A program made the translations under genes and the position numbers. DNA of 32,000 nt. Source: Thalassolituus sp. LLYu03. GTDB lineage: Bacteria; Pseudomonadota; Gammaproteobacteria; Pseudomonadales; Oceanobacteraceae. The DNA is taken from assembly GCF_050507655.1 (NCBI RefSeq), contig NZ_CP191496.1:2833022-2865021 (forward strand), given 5' to 3'. The notes under the pieces were generated by a model, which made no database searches, was not told where the DNA came from, and saw only the letters and a program-made list of their open reading frames with translations. Below are positions 16,666 to 25,181 of the stretch, piece after piece. Numbering within the stretch: position 1 is the stretch's first letter; every line of letters starts with the position of its first letter.

Positions 16666-18174
16666 TCAGACTTCTTTGGCGTTGATTTTGGCGTACCACA
16701 TCTGCGGACCGGTTTTGTGCACCGACTCACCTTTGGTATCCACTGCAACCGTTACCGGCATGTCTTTTACGTCGAACTCGTAAATGGCTTCCATACCCAG
16801 ATCGGCAAAGCCCACCACTTTAGAGGCTTTAATCGCCTGAGATACCAGATACGCTGCACCGCCCACGGCCATCAGATAAACGGCTTCGTTATCTTTAATA
16901 GCTTCGATGGCGATGTCACCACGCTCGGATTTACCGATCATGCCCAGCAGGCCGGTTTTTTCCAGTACCAGACGGGTGAATTTGTCCATACGGGTAGCGG
17001 TCGTCGGGCCAGCTGGTCCAACCACTTCGTCACGTACCGGATCAACCGGGCCAACGTAGTAAATAAAGCGACCTTTCAGATCCACCGGCAGCTCTTCGCC
17101 ACGGTTGATCATGTCGGCCATACGCTTGTGCGCCGCATCACGGCCCGTCAGCATCTTGCCGGACAGCAGAATGGTTTCACCGGTTTTCCAGTCTTTTACG
17201 TCTTCTGCAGTGACGGTATCCAGATTCACACGACGCACGGAATCACCCACTTCCCAGGTAATTTCCGGCCAGTCTTCGACGTTTGGTACTTCCAGCACAG
17301 CCGGGCCGGAACCATCCAGCACGAAGTGAGTGTGACGGGTAGCGGCACAGTTCGGAATGATCGCCACTGGCTTATTAGCCGCGTGGGTCGGGTAATCCAT
17401 CACTTTAATGTCGAGCACTGTGGTCAGACCGCCAAGCCCCTGAGCACCGATACCCAGCTTGTTCACTTTATCGAACAGTTCCAGACGCAGTTCTTCGGCA
17501 CGGTTCTGTGCACCACGGGCTTTCAGCTCGTGAATGTCGATCGGTTCCAGCAGGGATTCTTTGGCCAGCAGCATGGCTTTCTCGGCAGTACCGCCAATAC
17601 CAATACCCAGCATGCCCGGTGGACACCAGCCAGCACCCATTTTAGGCACCTGTTCCAGCACCCAATCGACAATGGAGTCGGACGGGTTGAGCATAGCGAA
17701 CTTGGATTTGGCTTCAGAGCCGCCGCCTTTGGCCGCTACGTGCACGTCGACTGTGTTACCCGGAACCAGTTTCATGTGAATGATGGCCGGGGTGTTGTCT
17801 TTGGTGTTGGCGCGTTTGCCGTCCGGGTCAGCCAGAACGGATGCGCGCAGCACGTTGTCCGGATGGGTGTAAGCACGGCGTACGCCTTCGTTACACATAT
17901 CTTCAACAGACATATCGCCTTCGAATTTAACGTCCATACCAATGGTCAGGAACACAGTCACAATACCGGTATCCTGACAGATCGGGCGGTGGCCCATGGC
18001 ACACATGCGGGAGTTGATCAGAATCTGGGCCATCGCGTCTTTGGCAGCCTTGGATTCTTCGCGCTCGTACGCTTCATGCACGGCATCAATGAAGTCTTTC
18101 GGGTGGTAGTACGAGATGTACTGCAGCGCATCAGCGACGCTCTGGATCAGATCTTCTTGCTTGATCACAGTCAT
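16666..18174 (-). CDS. fumA: class I (Fe-S) fumarate hydratase
   Basis: ORF trimmed to the ATG at 18174 (MTVIKQEDLIQ...), preceded by GAGAGAGAG. Class I fumarase signatures: CQDTGIVTVF, KGGGSEAKSKF, CPPGMLGIGIGGTAEKA and a C-terminal beta-subunit-like domain. 502 aa. Confidence 0.9.
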   Translation of the reverse strand: MTVIKQEDLIQSVADALQYISYYHPKDFIDAVHEAYEREESKAAKDAMAQILINSRMCAMGHRPICQDTGIVTVFLTIGMDVKFEGDMSVEDMCNEGVRRAYTHPDNVLRASVLADPDGKRANTKDNTPAIIHMKLVPGNTVDVHVAAKGGGSEAKSKFAMLNPSDSIVDWVLEQVPKMGAGWCPPGMLGIGIGGTAEKAMLLAKESLLEPIDIHELKARGAQNRAEELRLELFDKVNKLGIGAQGLGGLTTVLDIKVMDYPTHAANKPVAIIPNCAATRHTHFVLDGSGPAVLEVPNVEDWPEITWEVGDSVRRVNLDTVTAEDVKDWKTGETILLSGKMLTGRDAAHKRMADMINRGEELPVDLKGRFIYYVGPVDPVRDEVVGPAGPTTATRMDKFTRLVLEKTGLLGMIGKSERGDIAIEAIKDNEAVYLMAVGGAAYLVSQAIKASKVVGFADLGMEAIYEFDVKDMPVTVAVDTKGESVHKTGPQMWYAKINAKEV

Positions 18175-18251
18175 GGTGGACTCTCTCTCAAAGGCTTCAG
18201 ATGCTGAAGCCGGTGGCTGGCACCCACTGGCAGCTTGTGGCCCTGCGGGCG

Positions 18252-18277
18252 TAAAAACGCCCACATGGGTGGGCGTT
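18252..18277 (-). terminator. rho-independent terminator of the DUF2846-like gene
   Basis: The minus strand reads ACGCCCAC-ccat-GTGGGCGT followed by TTTTTAC, downstream of the stop at 18316. Confidence 0.7.
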
Positions 18278-18315
18278 GTTATTGTGGGGAGTATTGTAGC
18301 GCAGTATCCGCTGGC

Positions 18316-19014
18316 CTAAAACGGCCACCAGTCTTCGGCTTTGGTACGGGGTCTGGCTTTCAGCTCACCGTCGGCGGCAGGCTGACCGTCAGCGGCACCG
18401 GCGGGCGTGGCGTCGAATACTTTATCCATGTCGCCACCTTCTTCGGCGGCTGGTTTCAGCAGGCCGCGGCCATGATGAATCATGCGGGTGACCGGTAACT
18501 CGGCCAGCGCCTGCGACGGAGCCACCAGTTGCAGCGGGCCGTCGCCGATCGGGGTAAAACCACTGGCCGGGTCCACCGCTGGCGGATCAATTTCGGAATA
18601 ACGCAGGTAATAAACCTTGCCGGCCTGAACCTCGAATTTGAGTTTGGCGACGGTACGGATGACAAAATCGCCAAAGCCTTCAAGCCCCAGCAAACCGCGG
18701 CGCATCACCACGTCGTACTCACCCGGCATCATTTCGTACCAGGTGTAACCGCCGCCTTTTACGTTGAACAGGCGCTCACCATCGACGTTGAAACTCGGGG
18801 TTTCCAACTCATCCATGGACCATTGCGTGGCGGGACGGTAGACATAAACCAGCGCGGTGTGTTCATAATCCCAACGGTAGCCAACGGGTTTGAAGGCCTG
18901 TCCATCGGGTTCGGAAACATAGGAGCCGAAGCTGTCACCAACAGACTGGTGAACGGTACAGCCGGTAAGACCCAGCAACAGGGCTGCGGTCAGAAGCGGG
19001 AGCATTTTTATCAT
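18316..19014 (-). CDS. DUF2846-like lipoprotein
   Basis: Lipoprotein signal MIKMLPLLTAALLLGLTGC. The core ALVYVYRPATQW...FNVDGERLFNVKGGGYTWYEMMPGEYDVVM matches my recollection of the DUF2846 pattern. It has an acidic/Ala-Gly-rich tail. Confidence 0.55.
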   Translation of the reverse strand: MIKMLPLLTAALLLGLTGCTVHQSVGDSFGSYVSEPDGQAFKPVGYRWDYEHTALVYVYRPATQWSMDELETPSFNVDGERLFNVKGGGYTWYEMMPGEYDVVMRRGLLGLEGFGDFVIRTVAKLKFEVQAGKVYYLRYSEIDPPAVDPASGFTPIGDGPLQLVAPSQALAELPVTRMIHHGRGLLKPAAEEGGDMDKVFDATPAGAADGQPAADGELKARPRTKAEDWWPF

Positions 19015-19160
19015 TATTATTATCCTGGCCTGACTGGCATAGGCTTCACTGATCTCAGACAGACTATCCTGCCTTCAGTGGCGGATCAGTGTACACAAAA
19101 AAATCGCCCTGCTATGATGACATACTTACAAAAAATAACAAAAACAAAAGGGCTCAGAAT

Positions 19161-19670
19161 ATGGATGCATCCTGGAGCACCCTGCGTAACACCATTCTCC
19201 CGGTTATCGTGCTGGCTGCCGTGTCTTTTCACGGGTCTGCCGCAACGCCGAACGAAGCGTATTATTCTCAGGACATCGACGACGCCGTCGCTGCCGCCAA
19301 ACGCAATCCGGTCGATACCGAATACGTTGGCTCGTCCTGGTACAACCGCTCAACGTCACGCAGCTTCCCGTTACCCAAACTCCTGAACACCGAAATGGAC
19401 AGTGAAGTGGTCGAAGGTGCCATGGGCCCAACCGCTGCCGGTGAACAGGCGGCCTTTGAGGCCTCACGTCCGGTGCGGGATGCCGCGCTCGGTCGCGTCA
19501 ACAAACGCGATGCACTGGCTGAATCCAAGAAAAAATCCGACGATCCGGATGAAGACGAAGATTACCAGCCAAATCCCACCGAAATTTATGTGCCGGAAGC
19601 GCGTTCAGAGAACAGTCGCGTGCGGGAAATCCGCGCCAATGTCAGCATTAAAGCCACCGCGCGTCCCTGA
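19161..19670 (+). CDS. small secreted protein, paralog A (169 aa)
   Basis: ORF 19089..19670 trimmed to the ATG at 19161. Signal peptide ...ILPVIVLAAVSFHGSAA. It shares a ~50-aa module with the next gene (TPNEAYYSQDI...YNRSTSRSFPLPKLLNTEM), followed by a charged low-complexity tail. Confidence 0.6.
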   Translation: MDASWSTLRNTILPVIVLAAVSFHGSAATPNEAYYSQDIDDAVAAAKRNPVDTEYVGSSWYNRSTSRSFPLPKLLNTEMDSEVVEGAMGPTAAGEQAAFEASRPVRDAALGRVNKRDALAESKKKSDDPDEDEDYQPNPTEIYVPEARSENSRVREIRANVSIKATARP

Positions 19671-19703
19671 GACATAACGCTCATCCATAACCAACAGGAG
19701 AAG

Positions 19704-20099
19704 ATGATGAAACAACTGATCCCGTTATCCCTGCTGTTGCTGGCCTGCACTGCGAAGGCCACGCCGGATGATCAGTATTATTCTGCGGATATTTTTACCG
19801 CCATTGAAGAAGCGCGTCAGCGCACGCATCACTACGATTACAGCTCAGCCCTGCGCTACAACCGCTCGACGTCGCAGAGCATTCAGATTCCACGTCTGCT
19901 GAATAAAGAAATGGCGCAGACCGCGGTAAAAACCCCGGACACTGCGCTGGATACCAGCCCGCGTGATGACAACGGCGAATCTGCCCAGAATCTGGGAGCC
20001 GACACCACATTGACCCTTGGGCCAAACACCACCCCACGCGATCTGCAGCTGGGTGATGGCACACCATCCCCCGCGTCCGTTACCGTGACTGTGCGCTGA
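19704..20099 (+). CDS. small secreted protein, paralog B (131 aa)
   Basis: AGGAG 6 nt upstream of ATGATG. Signal MMKQLIPLSLLLLACTAKA. Shared module TPDDQYYSADI...YNRSTSQSIQIPRLLNKEM, followed by a Thr/Pro/Asp-rich tail. Confidence 0.65.
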   Translation: MMKQLIPLSLLLLACTAKATPDDQYYSADIFTAIEEARQRTHHYDYSSALRYNRSTSQSIQIPRLLNKEMAQTAVKTPDTALDTSPRDDNGESAQNLGADTTLTLGPNTTPRDLQLGDGTPSPASVTVTVR

Positions 20100-20940
20100 G
20101 TTTTTCGCGGATTTTAGCGCGCAGCGCCTGAGTGAATACCATCAGCATTCGGTCACGCTGCCACAGCGCTTTCTGCTCTGTTGGCAGGCTGGCAGAAAGC
20201 TCATCCGTCAGCGCAAACAAAGCCTCCACCGCATTCAGCACCGGCAAACGATAGCCTGAGGTATCGACGGCAAATGCCTTTGCCAGTACATCGGCCTGCT
20301 GCCTCATTGGCAGTGCCTGCTCAGCCGGCAACCAGGACGCGACCCAGGCCGCCAGCGCCAGCACACCGTGCACATCTTCCCAGCAACGGAAAGGCTTGTT
20401 CAGACGTTCATTGGCATCAGCACAGAAAAAACGCGCCGGGGTATCGGCAAAACTCAGCGCCAAATGAGGCAGATCCGTCATAAAGGGCTGCGGCTTACCG
20501 CTGTCGTGAATCTGAACACCTGACGAGTCCGGCGTAGCCACTACACAGACCAGCTGCCCAGGATCGTCCGCTGCACGGGCGATCACGTAACACGTATCCA
20601 GTCCGCGCCCGGCCAGCATGGCGTGGGATTTAACGCCCGAAAGCCCGGATTCAGCGGCATACACAGTGCTCATGTCGCGCAGGGATTTCACCCCTTTTTC
20701 GGACACACAAAACGCTGCCCATTGGTCCGGCCGCAACGCCGGATCAACACAGCGCATCGCACACTGATAACCGAAGAAAAAGGCCGTACCCGGCGTCAGA
20801 CTGAGTTCACCACCCAGCCAGGCAGCATCGGTCAGGGCGTGCGCAGAGAGAAGATCCTTCAGCGAGCGGCGGACGTCGTCCGCCGATGCTTGCAGGCTGA
20901 TGCGGCCGGAGGGTCCGGCCGCATCATGAGGAGAGGACAT
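20080..20940 (-). CDS. hypothetical protein with remote acyl-CoA-dehydrogenase-like middle and C-terminal regions (286 aa)
   Basis: The ATG at 20940 overlaps the upstream stop codon (TAATG). The pattern GVKSHAMLAGRGLDTCYVIARA...QLVCVV...GVQIHDSGKPQPFMTDLPHLALSFADTP...NKPFRCWEDVHGVLALAAW is reminiscent of the ACAD beta-barrel plus helical domain. The family call is tentative. Confidence 0.4.
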   Translation of the reverse strand: MSSPHDAAGPSGRISLQASADDVRRSLKDLLSAHALTDAAWLGGELSLTPGTAFFFGYQCAMRCVDPALRPDQWAAFCVSEKGVKSLRDMSTVYAAESGLSGVKSHAMLAGRGLDTCYVIARAADDPGQLVCVVATPDSSGVQIHDSGKPQPFMTDLPHLALSFADTPARFFCADANERLNKPFRCWEDVHGVLALAAWVASWLPAEQALPMRQQADVLAKAFAVDTSGYRLPVLNAVEALFALTDELSASLPTEQKALWQRDRMLMVFTQALRAKIREKLSAQSR

Positions 20941-21797
20941 TACTGGCCGCCAACCGCGTTTTGCAGACGATCCAGACGAATCTGAATGTCTTCAATTTCC
21001 AGCTTCATATCCGCCAGGTTGCCACCACTCTGACGCATCTTGGTCAGGGTCGCTTCCAGCGTCTGAATCTGCTCGCTGTTCTGCGCGATGCGCAGCTGGT
21101 TTTCGGCAGGCAGATCGAGAGCACCGGCTTCCAGTTTCGCCATACGCTTCTTCAGTTCAGAAGCCGAGGCATCCACTTTCTTATCCAGAGCGGCTTCCGC
21201 CTGACGGGCTTTGTCGCCGGAGGCTTTCAGATCTTTATCCAAAGCAGCCACGGAGGATTTCACGCCTTCGATGGCTTTCTGATTGCTGGCAATGTCGGTC
21301 TTATTGCGTTTGTTCGCCACATCCCACAGCTTACGGATTTCCGCGTCGTGTTCTTTGATCAGCACTTTCAGTGCATCCAGCGACATATTGGCGTTCTCAC
21401 CGGTCACCGACAGTTTCTCGTTGAGCACATTCAGGTTCTCGGCCTGAGAACGGATGATTTTCTCAGCGTTCGCCAGTTGCTGCTGCATGGTCTGGAACTG
21501 CATAAACATGAATCCCGCCAGACCACCCATGGCAACCGCCACCAGTAAGGCGATGGTGGCCAGCGTCTGTTTAGGTGCCGGCGCAGAAACCGCAACCGGT
21601 GTCGGGCGCAGCCCCGCCGCCTGTGCACGCTGAGCGGCGGCTTTACGGGCAGCCAGCTGCTTCTGGCGCAGAGCAATGTCTTCCTGTGACGGCTTCATGC
21701 CCGGCACGATTGGTTCTTTTTCTTTATCCATCTCAGCCCCCGAAATTGGTACTTCATCGTTATTATCGCGCCCCAGTATAACGGCATCCGCGCTCAT
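20940..21797 (-). CDS. single-pass membrane protein with long periplasmic coiled coil (285 aa)
   Basis: One TM segment (TLATIALLVAVAMGGLAGFMFM) followed by ~190 aa of heptad-like Ala/Lys/Glu/Gln-rich sequence. The start is uncertain: the ATG at 21797 has no SD, whereas the ATG at 21731 is preceded by GGGGGCTGAG. Confidence 0.6.
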   Translation of the reverse strand: MSADAVILGRDNNDEVPISGAEMDKEKEPIVPGMKPSQEDIALRQKQLAARKAAAQRAQAAGLRPTPVAVSAPAPKQTLATIALLVAVAMGGLAGFMFMQFQTMQQQLANAEKIIRSQAENLNVLNEKLSVTGENANMSLDALKVLIKEHDAEIRKLWDVANKRNKTDIASNQKAIEGVKSSVAALDKDLKASGDKARQAEAALDKKVDASASELKKRMAKLEAGALDLPAENQLRIAQNSEQIQTLEATLTKMRQSGGNLADMKLEIEDIQIRLDRLQNAVGGQ

Positions 21798-21980
21798 GAG
21801 AAATTATGACGCGAATTGATGTCAGACCTGCAACAAAGCAGCCCAAAACCAGCATAACCACACACTTTGCATGAATAGCGCCTCATGGTTCAGGGTGCTA
21901 TTATGCCGGGACTATTTAAGCGCCGGCCCGACCCGGCGCACAGATTTGCAACCTGACTCAGCAATGAATGGAGATGCACC

Positions 21981-22565
21981 ATGGCATTTGAATTACCGGC
22001 TCTGCCTTACGCAAAAGACGCTCTGCAACCACACATTTCTGCAGAAACTCTGGAGTTCCACCACGGCAAGCACCACAACGCCTACGTGACCAACCTGAAC
22101 AATCTGGTTCCTGGCACTGAATTCGAAGGCAAATCTCTGGAAGAGATCATCAAAACCTCTTCCGGCGGTATCTTCAACAACGCTGCTCAGATCTGGAACC
22201 ACACTTTCTACTGGCACTCCCTGAGCCCGAACGGCGGCGGCGAGCCAACTGGCGCACTGGCTGATGCCATTGCCAAAACCTGGGGTTCTTTTGACAAGTT
22301 CAAAGAAGAGTTCAACAAAATGGCCGTTGGTAACTTCGGTTCCAGCTGGACCTGGCTGGTGAAAAAAGCCGACGGTTCCCTGGCCATCGTGAACACCTCT
22401 AACGCTGCTACCCCAATCACTGAAGACGGCGTTACTGCGCTGATCACCGTTGACCTGTGGGAACACGCTTACTACATCGACTTCCGCAATCTGCGTCCTA
22501 AGTACCTGGAAGCATTCTGGGCACTGGCTAACTGGGAATTCGCTGCTGCGAACTTCGCTGCTTAA
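21981..22565 (+). CDS. sodB: iron superoxide dismutase
   Basis: 194 aa: [32 protein letters not shown]...[17 protein letters not shown] 7 nt upstream of the ATG. Confidence 0.95.
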   Translation: MAFELPALPYAKDALQPHISAETLEFHHGKHHNAYVTNLNNLVPGTEFEGKSLEEIIKTSSGGIFNNAAQIWNHTFYWHSLSPNGGGEPTGALADAIAKTWGSFDKFKEEFNKMAVGNFGSSWTWLVKKADGSLAIVNTSNAATPITEDGVTALITVDLWEHAYYIDFRNLRPKYLEAFWALANWEFAAANFAA

Positions 22566-22581
22566 TCAGCCGATGTGTGTT

Positions 22582-22610
22582 AAAAAACCGGGCCCTGCCC
22601 GGTTTTTTTT
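22582..22610 (+). terminator. rho-independent terminator of sodB
   Basis: AAAAAACCGGGC-cct-GCCCGGTTTTTTTT. Confidence 0.85.
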
Positions 22611-22625
22611 ATGTCTAGAATTTTC

Positions 22626-23210
22626 ATGAAACTGTTACTGGCTTCGTCGTCACGCTACCGCCGCGAATTATTAAACCGGCTGCGCATTCCGTTTGAACAC
22701 GCCTCACCCGATATCGATGAAACACCGTTATCCGGCGAAAGCGCCGATGCCTACGTGGTGCGTCTGGCGAAAGAAAAAGCCGCGGCGTTAAGCGCCGACT
22801 GGCCGGATTACTGGATCATCGGCAGCGACCAGACCTGCGTGCTCGACGGCGACATCTGCGGAAAACCGGAAACGGTGGAGCGCGCCTGCGCGCAACTGGA
22901 AAAAGCCAGTAGTAACGCCGTGACCTTTCTGACCGGTCTGTGTCTGCGGGCACCGGACGGACGTGAATATTCATTGTGCGAGCCATTTCACGTGCATTTC
23001 CGCGCGTTAAGCCGTGCGGATATTGAACGCTATATCGCACTCGAACAGCCGCTGGATTGCGCCGGCAGTTTTAAAGTGGAAGGCCTGGGCATCACGTTAT
23101 TTGAACGCCTTGAAGGGCGTGATGTGAACAGTCTGGTGGGGCTGCCCTTAATCGGTCTGACCGATCTGATGCAGCAGGCCGGTCTGAATCCGCTGCAACT
23201 GGCGCAATAA
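22626..23210 (+). CDS. yceF: Maf-like nucleoside-triphosphate pyrophosphatase, YceF subfamily
   Basis: Trimmed to the ATG at 22626 (MKLLLASSSRYRRELLNRLRIPFEHASPDIDETPL), which matches the YceF-type N-terminus. C-terminal GSFKVEGLGITLFE motif. Confidence 0.85.
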   Translation: MKLLLASSSRYRRELLNRLRIPFEHASPDIDETPLSGESADAYVVRLAKEKAAALSADWPDYWIIGSDQTCVLDGDICGKPETVERACAQLEKASSNAVTFLTGLCLRAPDGREYSLCEPFHVHFRALSRADIERYIALEQPLDCAGSFKVEGLGITLFERLEGRDVNSLVGLPLIGLTDLMQQAGLNPLQLAQ

Positions 23211-23236
23211 AAAATCCCCGCAGTGCGGGGATTTTC
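23209..23236. terminator. bidirectional rho-independent terminator (yceF / gspD)
   Basis: AAAAAATCCCCGC-agt-GCGGGGATTTT, between convergent genes. Confidence 0.8.
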
Positions 23237-23258
23237 ATATGCGCTTTCCGGCCCGGAA

Positions 23259-25181
23259 TCAGTCTTCCGCTGCCTTCAGCGGGAAACCTTTGAACAGGCT
23301 TTCCATGCGCTCGTTCACCTGATCAACGCCGAGTTTATCGGATACCGTGAATTCCCAGATGCCGTTGAATTTTTCCTGCGTCAGCTGACGGGCGGTGCCG
23401 GTCTGGGTGACGATGGTCGGGCGCAGGAACACCATCAGGTTGCTCTTCACTTTCGATACCGACTTCGACTTGAACAGCCAGCCCAGCAGGGGAATATCCC
23501 CCAGCAGTGGCACTTTGCTTTCGGTTTCAATCACGTCGTCGCGGATCAGACCACCCAGTACGATGGTTTCTTTGTCTTCCGACAGAATCATGGTCTTGAT
23601 CGAACGCTTGTTGGTGATCAGGTCGGCACTGCCGTCCACTGTGGTGGAAGCAACGGATTCCGCAGTGGCTTCCACTTCCAGACGAATCGCCTGACCGTCG
23701 TGAATGTGCGGCTTCACTTTCAGCGTGATACCCACGTCTTCACGGGTGATGGTGGTGAACGGGTTGCTGTTGCTGCTGGACGCGGTAGAACCGGTACGGA
23801 ACGGCACGTTCTGACCGACCACAATTTCCGCTTCCTGATTATCCAGCGTCATGATGCTTGGCGTCGACAGCAGGTTGGTTTTGCTGTTGCTCTGCAGCGC
23901 CTGCAGCACCACACCGAAATCAACAGCGCCGTTGCTTTCGCTGTAACCGCCCAGCGTCAGACCGCTGGCCAGTGCGCCACTGACATCGCCGGATGCCACC
24001 GAGGTGGCGATGGTGCCCAGTGACGGACCGGCGTTCGAGAAGTTGGTGCCGGCTACCGGGTTGTCCAGATCGCCCACCGCCCACTGAATACCCAGCGCAT
24101 CGCTGATGTCGCCGGTGGCTTCGACGATGGCCGATTCAATCAGCACCTGCGCACGGCGCACGTCGAGTGCACTCACCAGCTCTTCAATTTCTTTCATCAG
24201 CGACGGTTCGGCACGCACCACCAGAGCGTTCAGTTCTTCGTCGGCATGAATACCGGCTTTGCCTTTGGTCTGGGCGGCGTCTTTTTCGGCAGCAGAAGAG
24301 GACGTATCGGACAGCAGGTTTTTCAGCAGCTCCGCCATTTTGGCGGCATCGGCGTACTGCAGACGGATCACTTTGGCGCTGCCGGTGAAATAAGACGGCT
24401 GATCCAGTTCTTCGATCAGTTTACGGATACGTTCGCGGGCGCTTTTCTCGCCTTTGATGATCAGACGGTTGCTGCGCTCGTCGGCCACCACGCGGATGGA
24501 ACCGGCGGTATTTTCGCTGCCATTGGCGGCAGCACCCTGCGACACCTTGGACGGGTCCAGATTCTGCAGCATGGTGACCACGTTACCGACCCAGGCTTCT
24601 TTCAGCTGAATCACTTCCAGTTCTTCGGAACCGGATTTATCCAGGCGGTCGATGATCTGTTCGATTCGGTGAATATTGTTCGAGTGGTCAGAGATGATCA
24701 GGGCGTTGGCGGATTTCACACCGGCCAGATGGCCGTATTTCGCCACCAGCGGACGCAGAATCGGAACCAGATCCAGCGCCGGGGTATTTTTGATCATGAT
24801 GACTTTGGTCAGCAGTTCCTGGCTTTTCGACGACAGTTCTTCGTCCAGATCACGGCCCTGCTGTTTAACGTCGTTCTGTTGCACGATTAAGGTCACGTCA
24901 CCGGCGGGTACGGCCACATAACCCTGCACCTGCAGCACCGACAGAAACAGTTCGTAGACACCGTCTTTGTCCATCGCATCGCTGGACAGAACGTTCACCT
25001 TGCCCTTAACCCGCGGGTCAACCACAAAGCTTTTACCAGTGATGTCCGCCACCTGAGAAATGAAAGCGCCGATATCAGCTTCCTTCAGATTGATCTGCCA
25101 GCTGTCCTGCGCCTGCACCGCGGCGCTCAGGGCCAGCAGTACCAGAAATGCCCACTGTTTCAACACACTCATATCCTTCAC
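23259..25181 (-). CDS. gspD: type II secretion system secretin
   Basis: 640 aa with signal peptide ...LLALSAAVQA. N-terminal domains (INLKEADIGAFISQVADITGKSFVVDPRVKGKV) and a C-terminal secretin core (VPLLGDIPLLGWLFKSKS). The start is either the GTG at 25181, abutting the gspC stop, or the ATG at 25172. Confidence 0.9.
   Translation of the reverse strand: MKDMSVLKQWAFLVLLALSAAVQAQDSWQINLKEADIGAFISQVADITGKSFVVDPRVKGKVNVLSSDAMDKDGVYELFLSVLQVQGYVAVPAGDVTLIVQQNDVKQQGRDLDEELSSKSQELLTKVIMIKNTPALDLVPILRPLVAKYGHLAGVKSANALIISDHSNNIHRIEQIIDRLDKSGSEELEVIQLKEAWVGNVVTMLQNLDPSKVSQGAAANGSENTAGSIRVVADERSNRLIIKGEKSARERIRKLIEELDQPSYFTGSAKVIRLQYADAAKMAELLKNLLSDTSSSAAEKDAAQTKGKAGIHADEELNALVVRAEPSLMKEIEELVSALDVRRAQVLIESAIVEATGDISDALGIQWAVGDLDNPVAGTNFSNAGPSLGTIATSVASGDVSGALASGLTLGGYSESNGAVDFGVVLQALQSNSKTNLLSTPSIMTLDNQEAEIVVGQNVPFRTGSTASSSNSNPFTTITREDVGITLKVKPHIHDGQAIRLEVEATAESVASTTVDGSADLITNKRSIKTMILSEDKETIVLGGLIRDDVIETESKVPLLGDIPLLGWLFKSKSVSKVKSNLMVFLRPTIVTQTGTARQLTQEKFNGIWEFTVSDKLGVDQVNERMESLFKGFPLKAAED

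Noticed and set aside
16717-18207. 496-aa ORF on the + strand opposite the fumarase gene
   Set aside because: It is a shadow of a highly conserved class I fumarase. Its translation is His/Arg/Gly/Phe-rich and featureless.
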